Shown piece after piece: positions 10,592-19,141 of a stretch of 28,181 nucleotides of DNA. The translations under genes and the position numbers were made by a program. Source of the stretch: Myxococcota bacterium (GTDB lineage Bacteria > Myxococcota > UBA4151); the NCBI GenBank assembly GCA_028823075.1, contig JAPKCE010000001.1, forward strand, positions 1-28,181, given 5' to 3'. Each line of letters opens with the position of its first letter. Within the stretch, counting starts at the first letter, position 1. The notes beneath the pieces are model-generated. The model saw nothing but the letters and a program-made list of their open reading frames with translations. It was not told where the DNA came from and did not search any database.

Positions 10592-11581
10592 ATGAACTGG
10601 ACGCGCAGACGTTGCCCTGATTGCGGGCAGATGATGGTTGAAGAGGAGGGCAGCAGTTGCCCCTGCCCTGCTTGTGGTCGGCAGATTGGGCCTGAGTCGA
10701 TCATCCCCGAAGATACAGAAGAAGAGCCGCCAGCCGAAGCGCTCGACGACGAAGAAAAGCCGGAGAATAAATCCGACGAGCCCGATGCTGAAGAATGGAA
10801 TTTGGGCGAACCGATGCACCGGGTGCTGTGGTTCTGCTTGGTGGCTCCGAACCGTTTACCTTTAGCCGTGATGTTTCGCAGTTTGCGCTGGGTTTTTTCC
10901 TTCGCTTGGATCGGTCAAATACTGCTTCAAGGGGGCGCGTTAGTTATTGGCTCAGCCTTGCTGGTTGCCAGCGCCGACGAGGTTAACCTGCTGCGTGAAA
11001 TAGCTGCCGCCAGTGCCAAGCAGGTTGAAGGAGGGCCCGAAGCCCGACGTCTGCGCATCGCACAAGAGCAACTCTGCACTTTGACGATGATCGGGCCTGA
11101 GCAGCGTTTACTCTGTGCGTTAAATCCTAGCCTATCAGCGCTCAAAAATGTCGGGGAACAGGCAAAAGGGCGGCTTGATGCCATCGAAAGACTTCGGCAG
11201 CCTAGTGATCCAGAAGCTTGGCTCAGCGTTTTGGGCGATGCGATGATCTTTTTGCTCATGATGCTGGTTCCTCTTTGGGGTATGCTCGGACTTGCGCGCC
11301 ATGCCGATGCCTTCGCATTGGCCTTAAAGGTGATCGCATTCGGCCAGGTTCCGATGGCTGTCAGCGCGGTTATCAGCGCGCTTCTCATGAGCTTTGCAGG
11401 CACAATCGGTCTCTCGCTCGGCTTGACGCTGCTGGTCAGCGGCTTTGTCTGGAGCATGGCCGCCTCGGTGGGTTGTTTGATACGCTTCGGTTCCTTAGCG
11501 CAGCGCCAGGCTGTCATGACAGTGCTGGTGATTTTACTCTTTAATCTGACTATGCTGACCTCGCTCGCGGGAAACCTATGA
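10592..11581 (+). CDS. Uncharacterised membrane protein: N-terminal zinc ribbon, acidic linker, multi-TM (Yip1-like?) domain, ~329 aa
   Basis: ATG at 10592, 10 nt after the ROK stop. Contains CPDCG...CPACG, then EDTEEEPPAEALDDEEKPENKSDEPDAEE, then roughly 5-6 hydrophobic segments. The Yip1 resemblance is inference from topology only. Confidence 0.7.
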   Translation: MNWTRRRCPDCGQMMVEEEGSSCPCPACGRQIGPESIIPEDTEEEPPAEALDDEEKPENKSDEPDAEEWNLGEPMHRVLWFCLVAPNRLPLAVMFRSLRWVFSFAWIGQILLQGGALVIGSALLVASADEVNLLREIAAASAKQVEGGPEARRLRIAQEQLCTLTMIGPEQRLLCALNPSLSALKNVGEQAKGRLDAIERLRQPSDPEAWLSVLGDAMIFLLMMLVPLWGMLGLARHADAFALALKVIAFGQVPMAVSAVISALLMSFAGTIGLSLGLTLLVSGFVWSMAASVGCLIRFGSLAQRQAVMTVLVILLFNLTMLTSLAGNL

Positions 11582-11599
11582 GCCTTGGAGGATACTTTT

Positions 11600-12922
11600 A
11601 TGCACCTTAGTTCACAAGCCGCGCAGCGTCACCGCCAGAGGTTAATCGAAAAGTTATTACCCGGCGATCTCCTCATCCTGCCAGCCGCGAGTTTAACCTC
11701 GCGCAACAGCGATGTTTCGCACCGTTTTCGTCAAAACAGCGATTTCTACTACCTTACGGCCTTTCCTGAACCCGGCGCTTATGCGCTCATTCGTCGTCAA
11801 GAAAAGGCTGCCGTTTATACCTTGTTTGTACCGCCAAAATGTCCCGAACGAGAGGTTTGGGATGGTTTTCGAGTCGGCGTCTCGGGGGCTGTTGAGCACT
11901 TCGCGGCAGATGATGCTTACAGCTTAGATGAAATCGACGCCAAGATGCCCGACCTCATCGACGGTGCGCAGCGTCTTATTTATCCCTTGGGTCATGATCA
12001 ACTCGAGGCAAAGGTACGGACCTGGCGCCGTAGCTTGCTTGCCAAGGCCCGCCTGGGCGCCACCTGTCCCTCGGTGGTTGTGGATTCGGGCTCCATCGTC
12101 CACGAACTTCGTTTGATTAAAGATGAGCATGAACTCGAACTTATGGAGCGTGCTGCGCAGATCTCAGTAGCCGCTCATTGTAAGGGTATGACCGCGGGGG
12201 TCCCGGGGTTTTCCGAGCATCAACTTGAGGGCTTAATCGAGGGTGAGTTTCGCGCCGGTGGTGCGGCTCGGTTTGCCTACCCGAGCATTGTCGCTAGCGG
12301 GTCCAACGGCTGTGTTTTACATTATCACGAAAACGATTCGACCATCGCCGATGGGGATATGCTGCTCATCGATGCGGGTGGTGAGTATGCAGGATACGCG
12401 TCAGATATTACCGTGACCTGGCCGGCAAGCGGACGCTTTAGCGAGCCTCAGCGACGTCTTTACGAGTCAGTTTTAAGAGTTCAATTGGCCGTAGTTGACG
12501 CGGTTCGCCCGGGCGCAACCTTTAAACAACTCAACACTTTAGCCTGCCGTTTGTTGCTGGGTGAGATGCAGGGTTTAGGCCTGGTTGATGCAGAGAAAAG
12601 CATCGACGAACTCTTCGAGGCAAAGGCATATACGCCCTATTATATGCATTCCATCGGTCATTGGATCGGCATGGATGTGCATGACGTTGGCGCCTATGGG
12701 AAAGACCGCAGTCGCCCCTTTGAACCCGGGATGGTGCTCACCGTTGAGCCTGGTTTGTATATTGCGCCAGACGCCAGCGAAGCACCTGCTGAGTTTCGTG
12801 GGTTAGCCGTTCGGATCGAAGATGACCTGGCCGTGACCACGGGGGCAGCGCGAAACTTAAGCCATGGCCTGCCGCGCAGCGTCGCCGAAATAGAAGCCTT
12901 CATGGCGCGCACGAGAGCCTGA
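11600..12922 (+). CDS. pepP: Xaa-Pro aminopeptidase (aminopeptidase P, M24B)
   Basis: Motifs FRQNSDFYYLT, LLIDAG, YASDIT, HSIGHWIGMDVHD, TVEPG and RIEDD. GGAGG RBS precedes ATG 11600. Confidence 0.94.
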   Translation: MHLSSQAAQRHRQRLIEKLLPGDLLILPAASLTSRNSDVSHRFRQNSDFYYLTAFPEPGAYALIRRQEKAAVYTLFVPPKCPEREVWDGFRVGVSGAVEHFAADDAYSLDEIDAKMPDLIDGAQRLIYPLGHDQLEAKVRTWRRSLLAKARLGATCPSVVVDSGSIVHELRLIKDEHELELMERAAQISVAAHCKGMTAGVPGFSEHQLEGLIEGEFRAGGAARFAYPSIVASGSNGCVLHYHENDSTIADGDMLLIDAGGEYAGYASDITVTWPASGRFSEPQRRLYESVLRVQLAVVDAVRPGATFKQLNTLACRLLLGEMQGLGLVDAEKSIDELFEAKAYTPYYMHSIGHWIGMDVHDVGAYGKDRSRPFEPGMVLTVEPGLYIAPDASEAPAEFRGLAVRIEDDLAVTTGAARNLSHGLPRSVAEIEAFMARTRA

Positions 12923-12924
12923 GT

Positions 12925-15900
12925 TTACGAGCCGATTTTTACGGCAGGAAAGGTTGCTGATTGACCGGCGGCCAATTCACGCCGTTCACCATTGGTCGAC
13001 TCCAGCATTTCGCGTAGGCGCCGAGTGAGCACCGTGAACAGCCCGTTGAGCACCTCGACGCGATCGGCGACAAGGTCGAGAAAGTCCTGGCGGTCGATGA
13101 CCAACAACTCGACACCATCGCTGCGTCGTGCGGCAGTTGCCGAGGCGGGCCTAGGCTTACGATCGAGAAAGCCGACCTGACCAAAGCTCTCGAAAGCTCC
13201 TAAACGCAGCAGAAAAATGCCGTCGCGATGAAAGCTAACGTCGCCTGAGATGATTAGGAAAAGGGCGGTCGAAGGATCGTGTTCTCGGTAAATCGCTTCG
13301 CCAGGCTGATAATGTTCCGTGCGAGCTAGGTCGGCTACCGCCGCTAATTCGTCGATGTTGAGTTCGCTAAACAGCTCCACGCGCTGCAGCAAAAAGATGC
13401 GATCGATCAATTCATCCGACATGCGGTCCTCCGGCAAAATACTGACGTCTAATGCGGGTCTCGGCAAGCCCGAACGGCTCAGGCAGCGCCCGGCGATGGC
13501 CGCCAGGGTGCGGTCGCTCGCCTCGGCAATTTCAGTGGCCATATCATGAGATAAGCTGGGCTCTACCGTAGCCTCGGCACGCTCAAGCTCGTTCAGTAGC
13601 ATCTGTTTGAGGGGGTGATGGGCGAGGCTCACATCGAGCAGTTCGAGTGCATCGCCTCGGCTCGCTCGGTTGCCGTGGACCAAAACCCTTGTGACCGCGG
13701 TAATAAGCTTTCGGTCACCCTGAAGAGCAAATAGTTTCAGACAACTATCGAGCACCTGACTATGCCTGCTCTGTACCGCTCGGTACAGGAGGTTGAAGCG
13801 TTTCGGGTCGACCGCCAAGGCCGTCCATTGTTGGCGTAGGGCGAACAAACGACGAATGTGACGCTCGATGGAAGCATGCGCCCAAGTGGTGTCGAGGCCC
13901 GATTTTAACCACGGTTTATCGTGGACTAAACGGGATAAGGAGATAGCGACTCGGTACTGTAAAAAAGGGTCGTCTTCGGGATTTGAGCGCAGCAGAAGAT
14001 CGGCTGCTTGAGCACTGCCGATCATGCGCAGAACGCGAGGAAGTTCTTGGCGTAGCCGTAGGCTAATCTGCGGGTCGTTTAGCCAGTTTTCAGCATCTTC
14101 AATAAGGCGGTCGCCGTAGGCAGCTAGAGCCTGTCTAACGCTTACCCGCAGCGATCTGCGCATGAGCAATTGGGCGAGCTCGGGTAGCGCCTCCATGAGT
14201 TGAAGCTGCCCACAGCTGTCGGCTGCCAAGCGCATCACGCTAGGTTCTTCGTCGCGCAGCAGTTCCAGTAAAAATAAGGACCAGTCCCCCTCAGGGAGAT
14301 TGCCGATTAGGCGAGCAAACTCACGCCGGTATCCAGGTTTCCCGTTGCGGATATAAGAAAAGGAACCGCGTACCAAGGCAACGCCCCGAGCGCGCCTTTC
14401 CGGGCATGCGAAGAGGGCTTCGATACCGGCGCTTCGCAGAGCGGGGTCGGTGTTTTCATCAGCGATCATCGGCTCGAGCAGGTCGGCGCTTCGCAGGGGG
14501 TCAATCAGCAACAAAGCGCGCGCTGCCGCCGCTCGGCTGCGCCTGTCTTTACTGTGTCTTACAATGTCCTCTAGTTGGGGCCAGAGCTGGTGCCTTCGTC
14601 GATGCGATGCCCAGTCGATAGCCAGCAAGCGCACGCGCTCGTCGCTGTGGCCTAGCAATTGAGGCAGGCGGGGCGCCAGATCGAACGTTGAGTTGTTCAA
14701 TAAACGTAAGGCGCCGAGGGCTCGGTTTGCCTCCGGATGGTCGAGCATTTTGACTAAGATCTGCAGCGACGAGGCGTCGTCGAGCACCATGGGGTTCTGT
14801 TCTTCATCTCGGTTTCGTCTGGCTCTTCCGGTGATCTTGCGGTTCAAACTCTCCGCATAATCTTTGCGTAACACGCGGATGATAACGCTGATTAGCGCGA
14901 CGATGAGGAGTACGCCGATGGGGTGAATAGCTTGAGGCCAAAACAGACCAAGACCAAGCAGCAGCAGCCCGCAGATACCACTGCCAACCTTTTTAACTGT
15001 GCCATCGAGCAGGGCGCGCAAAGAGCCTCGGATCGGCGCTGGGATTGGGTTGTAAAGCAGAGCGACGGCCGCCGCTGTTACCGAAAATGAACCCACCGAC
15101 TGAACAACCTTTAAAGTGTATAAAGGGGTGATGCTCTGTGAAAAGGCGATGGCTGTGCCGGCTGCGACGGCGACAGCGAGGGGGATCAGCATGAGGAAGG
15201 GAAAAAGTCCCATGCGGGTAAGCAAAAGTCGCGAGAAAAAGAGCTGAAAGACCAGGGCTATCATACCGGCATCGGCGTTGTAGGAGCCGAACAACGCGTT
15301 CATTTCAGCTACGTCTCGCTGATTAGCGACAGCCGAACGGAAAAGGAAATCAACCATTGCTGAGAGCAGCGATAAACTGACCACCAAAGCCCCGAGAAGT
15401 TTTGGGTAACGCTCCGCTCGGGTGTAGTGTAGCCCGGCGTTTATGCGTGCTTTTCCACCTGTTTTTCGGGGCACAGCGGTGGCTCCGGAAGAACGCCCGA
15501 TCAGTCGAAACACCGGTATGGCTAGCAGCAGCAAGAACCCAGCTGCTACAACCTGTGAGGCTGGGTGGATGGCCATTGATAACTGCTCGACCGCGGCCCC
15601 GCCGATGACGCTTCCTGCCATTCCTGCGGCGCCGATGATGCCGAGCACGCGCTTACTGGTGCGCAGGTCGAAGACCTCGCTCAAGGTCCCCCAAAACAGG
15701 ATGGACAGTAAGGTGGTGTAGGTTTCACCCAAAATATACAGAACCGGTTGTACGCCAGGTAGATCGACCCAGGCCATCGCGCCGACCGCGATCAAGCAAA
15801 ATGCGCTGATGCGCAGAGCGTACTTGCCCACGGCGTAAGCGGAATAATGCGCTAGCGGGCGAGCGAGCATGTAGGAACCAAAAGCTACCGACCCGGCACT

Positions 15901-16083
15901 TAAAACGTATAATGCAGGTAGGGTTTGAGCCGAGTGATTACTAAGAAAAAGGGCGTTAGCGGCAGCCTTTACCCCCACGACACCGGCGAGAAACACGGCG
16001 AAAAAAAGCATCGAGGCGAGCGCTGCCCATTCTTGATTTTTCGGTACTCCGAGTCGGCGTACTAATAGCCGCATCCCGCGCAT
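12925..16083 (-). CDS. NTT (Npt1/Npt2, TLC)-like MFS transporter fused to HEAT repeats and a C-terminal cyclic-nucleotide-binding domain
   Basis: About 12 hydrophobic segments in the first ~415 aa, including FWGTLSEVFDLRTSKRVLGIIG and YNPIP...R...LDG. An Ala/Leu/Arg-rich helical-repeat middle follows (e.g. LLRDEEPSVMRLAADSCGQL). The C-terminus reads LFSEL...GEAIYREHDPSTALFLIISGDV...FGQVGFLDRKPRPASATA. Confidence 0.8.
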   Translation of the reverse strand: MRGMRLLVRRLGVPKNQEWAALASMLFFAVFLAGVVGVKAAANALFLSNHSAQTLPALYVLSAGSVAFGSYMLARPLAHYSAYAVGKYALRISAFCLIAVGAMAWVDLPGVQPVLYILGETYTTLLSILFWGTLSEVFDLRTSKRVLGIIGAAGMAGSVIGGAAVEQLSMAIHPASQVVAAGFLLLLAIPVFRLIGRSSGATAVPRKTGGKARINAGLHYTRAERYPKLLGALVVSLSLLSAMVDFLFRSAVANQRDVAEMNALFGSYNADAGMIALVFQLFFSRLLLTRMGLFPFLMLIPLAVAVAAGTAIAFSQSITPLYTLKVVQSVGSFSVTAAAVALLYNPIPAPIRGSLRALLDGTVKKVGSGICGLLLLGLGLFWPQAIHPIGVLLIVALISVIIRVLRKDYAESLNRKITGRARRNRDEEQNPMVLDDASSLQILVKMLDHPEANRALGALRLLNNSTFDLAPRLPQLLGHSDERVRLLAIDWASHRRRHQLWPQLEDIVRHSKDRRSRAAAARALLLIDPLRSADLLEPMIADENTDPALRSAGIEALFACPERRARGVALVRGSFSYIRNGKPGYRREFARLIGNLPEGDWSLFLLELLRDEEPSVMRLAADSCGQLQLMEALPELAQLLMRRSLRVSVRQALAAYGDRLIEDAENWLNDPQISLRLRQELPRVLRMIGSAQAADLLLRSNPEDDPFLQYRVAISLSRLVHDKPWLKSGLDTTWAHASIERHIRRLFALRQQWTALAVDPKRFNLLYRAVQSRHSQVLDSCLKLFALQGDRKLITAVTRVLVHGNRASRGDALELLDVSLAHHPLKQMLLNELERAEATVEPSLSHDMATEIAEASDRTLAAIAGRCLSRSGLPRPALDVSILPEDRMSDELIDRIFLLQRVELFSELNIDELAAVADLARTEHYQPGEAIYREHDPSTALFLIISGDVSFHRDGIFLLRLGAFESFGQVGFLDRKPRPASATAARRSDGVELLVIDRQDFLDLVADRVEVLNGLFTVLTRRLREMLESTNGERRELAAGQSATFPAVKIGS

Positions 16084-16220
16084 GAACCCACCATTTCTAC
16101 AGCGTTAGCCGCCGCGTATCAGCGAGGTTTATGTGACTGCTGGCCGCGGGTTTTGCAAGGTGTTCGGGGCGCTAGGACTTGAAGGGTTGACGAATTAAGG
16201 GTGGGTCGATGTCGCATTGA

Positions 16221-16250
16221 TTGCTTTGCGGGCTCGCTGTGCATTATAAG
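16221..16250 (+). promoter_or_regulatory. Candidate sigma70-type promoter, possibly leaderless
   Basis: TTGCTT (16221-16226), an 18-nt spacer, then TATAAG (16245-16250). The ATG at 16257 follows after 6 nt with no Shine-Dalgarno sequence. Confidence 0.4.
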
Positions 16251-16256
16251 TTGATC

Positions 16257-17372
16257 ATGCGCAGATTGATTTATCCTTTGGCTAGCTTTTGTATCGCATG
16301 TTCTGACGGGGGTAGTTTGTATCGAGATGCTCTGCCTGTGGCCGAGAATTTATCGTCGATGGAATCTGTTTGGAGTCATGACTCCTTGGTGCTCAATGGG
16401 GGCCAAGGGCAGTTTGATTTTGTCGTCGCTGAGGGCAGCCAGAGTTTTTTGGTGGTCGTTAGTGGCCTTTCAGGTGCAGAATATTTGATCTCCTCGTTAA
16501 GGGGTCCCGATGGTGTCCTGGTGCGCGCCGAGGCTAATGAGGCGGAAGCTGCTTCTGGCTTTGGTGCCGCGGCGGGTCCTTTCTTTTCACCCAACCGTAG
16601 CGTCGGTGATCATGGCGGCGCTACTTTGTTGGTGCCTAACGACCCGCTGCTTCGTTTGACTCCGGGGCGTTGGGAGTTGGGCGTCACTTCGAGCAGTGTT
16701 GAGCAACATGAGTTGCGCGTGGACCGCTTGGAGTTGCATGCGGCCGGTTTGCCTCTGCGCAGCGTGATCCCACTGACCATTCACCTTAGCGGCGCCGAGG
16801 GGATGACCGGTGCTTTGGGGCGCGGCCATGAGCGTCTTGATCGTGCACTGCAAAAGGTTGAGCAGGTCTACGAGCCCGCCGGCTTAGCGTTTGAGCCTAT
16901 AACCTTTGTTGATTTGGCACCCGAGTTCAGGGTTCTTGATGCGGTTGACCTGCGTTCTCAGAAGGCTTTGCAAATGCTCGGGCGAGGAGTTGGGCGGGCA
17001 GGGATAAACCTCTTTATTATCGAGCGTTTTGAGAACGACGAGGCGCTTTTGGGAGATGTTGGCGGGGTGAGCGCCGCCATTCCGGGGGACCCGCGAGGCG
17101 GTGAGCCTTTATCCGGGGTCGTCGTCGCCACGAGTTTCTCCGAGGATGCGGCGGCGAGAGATCTGCTGGGGTTGACCATGGCGCATGAGATAGGCCATTT
17201 TCTAGGGCTCTTTCACAGTGAAGAGGCGAATGGGTTTGAAGATAACCTTAGCGACACCTTGGCATCAGAGGGTAGCAATTTAATGCATCATTTAAGCCGC
17301 CCTGGGTTTGACGTTTTGAGCGCTGAACAGGGCATGGTGTTGCGCTTGAACCCCGCGATGCAGCTCCCGTGA
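16257..17372 (+). CDS. Probable lipoprotein zinc metalloprotease (metzincin, M43/pappalysin-like?), ~371 aa
   Basis: Signal MRRLIYPLASFCIAC. HEIGHFLGLFH (HExxHxxGxxH) at 17184-17216 and a Met-turn candidate NLM (ATG at 17283). The subfamily assignment is inference. Confidence 0.8.
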   Translation: MRRLIYPLASFCIACSDGGSLYRDALPVAENLSSMESVWSHDSLVLNGGQGQFDFVVAEGSQSFLVVVSGLSGAEYLISSLRGPDGVLVRAEANEAEAASGFGAAAGPFFSPNRSVGDHGGATLLVPNDPLLRLTPGRWELGVTSSSVEQHELRVDRLELHAAGLPLRSVIPLTIHLSGAEGMTGALGRGHERLDRALQKVEQVYEPAGLAFEPITFVDLAPEFRVLDAVDLRSQKALQMLGRGVGRAGINLFIIERFENDEALLGDVGGVSAAIPGDPRGGEPLSGVVVATSFSEDAAARDLLGLTMAHEIGHFLGLFHSEEANGFEDNLSDTLASEGSNLMHHLSRPGFDVLSAEQGMVLRLNPAMQLP

Positions 17373-17761
17373 GCGGCCTTTTCATCTTATCTTTGGCGCT
17401 GCTCGTCGATGGCCATCATGCGCTCCCCGCTCAACCCGGCGAGGTCGCTTGTTGGCAGGCAGAAGGCGCGCTCAGAACGCACCTTTTGAGCGGTCGTCGG
17501 CCGCAGCGCAGACGCGCGCTTATCCTGCTTGAGCGCTGCTCGTTCACGCTTGATTGGGCGCGTTTACGCGCCGACAACGACCCTGAGATGGCGCTCGTGG
17601 CTTGGCGTTACAGTTTGCAAAACGCAGTCGTCGACGACCCGCGTTGGGCGCAGGCTTTACAGCAACTTCCCAAGGCTCAAGGTCGCAGCGTCTTGCGCCT
17701 TCACAATAAGCGGCGCAGGGCCAATTTGGCTCCCGGACTACCCATCGAGGATGTGCGCTGA
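17369..17761 (+). CDS. Small hypothetical secreted protein (130 aa)
   Basis: Overlaps both neighbours (GTGA upstream, TGATG downstream), which supports a real gene. Hydrophobic N-terminus SGLFILSLALLV; no recognisable motif. Confidence 0.55.
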   Translation: MSGLFILSLALLVDGHHALPAQPGEVACWQAEGALRTHLLSGRRPQRRRALILLERCSFTLDWARLRADNDPEMALVAWRYSLQNAVVDDPRWAQALQQLPKAQGRSVLRLHNKRRRANLAPGLPIEDVR

Positions 17762-19140
17762 TGTTCTTATTACTTCTTGCGGTGGCGACGCAAAACCCGC
17801 TGACTTTGGTGTATACGGGTGATCGTATGGGCAAGGTTGAACCGTGCGGTTGCCCGCAAAACCCTATGGGTCATATCGCCCGCCAGGTCGCGGCCATCGA
17901 CGGTTATCGCTCAAGTGGGGAAAATTACCTGTTCTTTGATCTCGGAAATCTGTTTTTCGAATCGCTTCAGAGCCCCAAGGAATTGCGCGAACAGCATGCG
18001 CGTCGAGCGGCTATTTTAAGCCGCAGCGTGGCGCGTATGCAGCTTGATTTTTTAGTGCCGGGCCCCACGGATTTCCACGCTGGGTTTGAAGGTTATAAAC
18101 GTTTGGTATCGGCATCAAAAACGCCCGTACTGGCGGCCGACTTAAGCACAAAGGATGGGCTGCCAGCCTTTGAGAGTCATCGGGTTTTTAAGCGCGCAGG
18201 TAAACGTATTTTAGTGATCGGCATCGCCGGGTTTACCCCGCAGGGGAGCGAGTTTGTGTTGCAGGATGCCCTCGATACTGTGCGGAGCATTCGCGCAAAG
18301 GCTGGGGCGGTTGATATAACGATCGTTGCATCCCATCTGGATCGCCCGGCGGCGCTCAGACTTGCCAGCGAGGAGCCAGGTTTAGCAGCCGTTTTGGTGG
18401 CCGATAATCACCTGCACCTGATTCCCAAAGAGGCAGGGGGAGCGGTGGTTGTCGGTAGTTCGAAGCAGGGCAAACACCTGGCTGAACTCAAACTTTGGCA
18501 GCGTCAAAGCGGTGCTTACGCCGGCGGTATGAAGATGCGCCGTTTACAGATAAAACTGCGCAAGGCCAGCGGCGCTGAACGCGCCGTTTTACAACAAGAA
18601 CTAGACGGCCTAAACGCGGGGAATACCTTTAAGTATCGCATCGAAGCGATGGGTGAGCAGCGGCCAGAAGACGCCGAAGTGGCTACCTGGGTTAAAGCGT
18701 ATGTGCATTTTGTTGGGCGCATGGAGGCGGCGCGCGGCGTGGCTCCTCCGGGCTACGATGGGTCGGGTGATTTCGCTGGGTTTGAGGTTTGTGCTGCTTG
18801 TCATGGTAAAATTAACGAGCAGTGGAAAAACACTCGCCACGCCCACGCCTACCAAAGCCTGCTCGACCGAGGGCAGCAACTCGACCGCGAATGCATCGCT
18901 TGTCACAGCGCGGGCTGGCGTCACCCTGGAGGGTTTTCGGACCCGCGCAGCGTTGGAATCCTTAAAAATGTGCAATGTGAAAGCTGTCACGGACCCGGAA
19001 AAGCACATGCTCAGAGCGGCGATAAAGCGCTGATCGAGCGCGGCAAGGGCGAGGCAAAATTTTGCCATCGTTGCCATCAAGAAGAGCTTGAGACCGGCTT
19101 CACCGAAGCTACCCATTTACCGCTTATAAAGCACTGGTGA
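17761..19140 (+). CDS. UshA/5'-nucleotidase-like metallophosphoesterase N-domain fused to a tetraheme cytochrome c554-like domain
   Basis: N-domain motifs LTLVYTGD...EPCGCP...ARQ, FFDLGN, PGPTDF, RILVIGI and IVASH. Four CxxCH motifs at 18790, 18892, 18976 and 19063. The W..T.HAHA after heme 1 and CESCHGPG..H are typical of c554-like domains. Confidence 0.82.
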   Translation: MFLLLLAVATQNPLTLVYTGDRMGKVEPCGCPQNPMGHIARQVAAIDGYRSSGENYLFFDLGNLFFESLQSPKELREQHARRAAILSRSVARMQLDFLVPGPTDFHAGFEGYKRLVSASKTPVLAADLSTKDGLPAFESHRVFKRAGKRILVIGIAGFTPQGSEFVLQDALDTVRSIRAKAGAVDITIVASHLDRPAALRLASEEPGLAAVLVADNHLHLIPKEAGGAVVVGSSKQGKHLAELKLWQRQSGAYAGGMKMRRLQIKLRKASGAERAVLQQELDGLNAGNTFKYRIEAMGEQRPEDAEVATWVKAYVHFVGRMEAARGVAPPGYDGSGDFAGFEVCAACHGKINEQWKNTRHAHAYQSLLDRGQQLDRECIACHSAGWRHPGGFSDPRSVGILKNVQCESCHGPGKAHAQSGDKALIERGKGEAKFCHRCHQEELETGFTEATHLPLIKHW

Positions 19141-19141
19141 T

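Noticed and set aside
16141-16157. Sigma54-like TGGCCGCGGGTTTTGCA
   Set aside because: The GG-to-GC spacing is one base longer than the strict -24/-12 requirement.
17845-17853. Possible selenocysteine in the CGC motif
   Set aside because: The codons are TGC GGT TGC with no in-frame TGA, so this is a Cys homologue.
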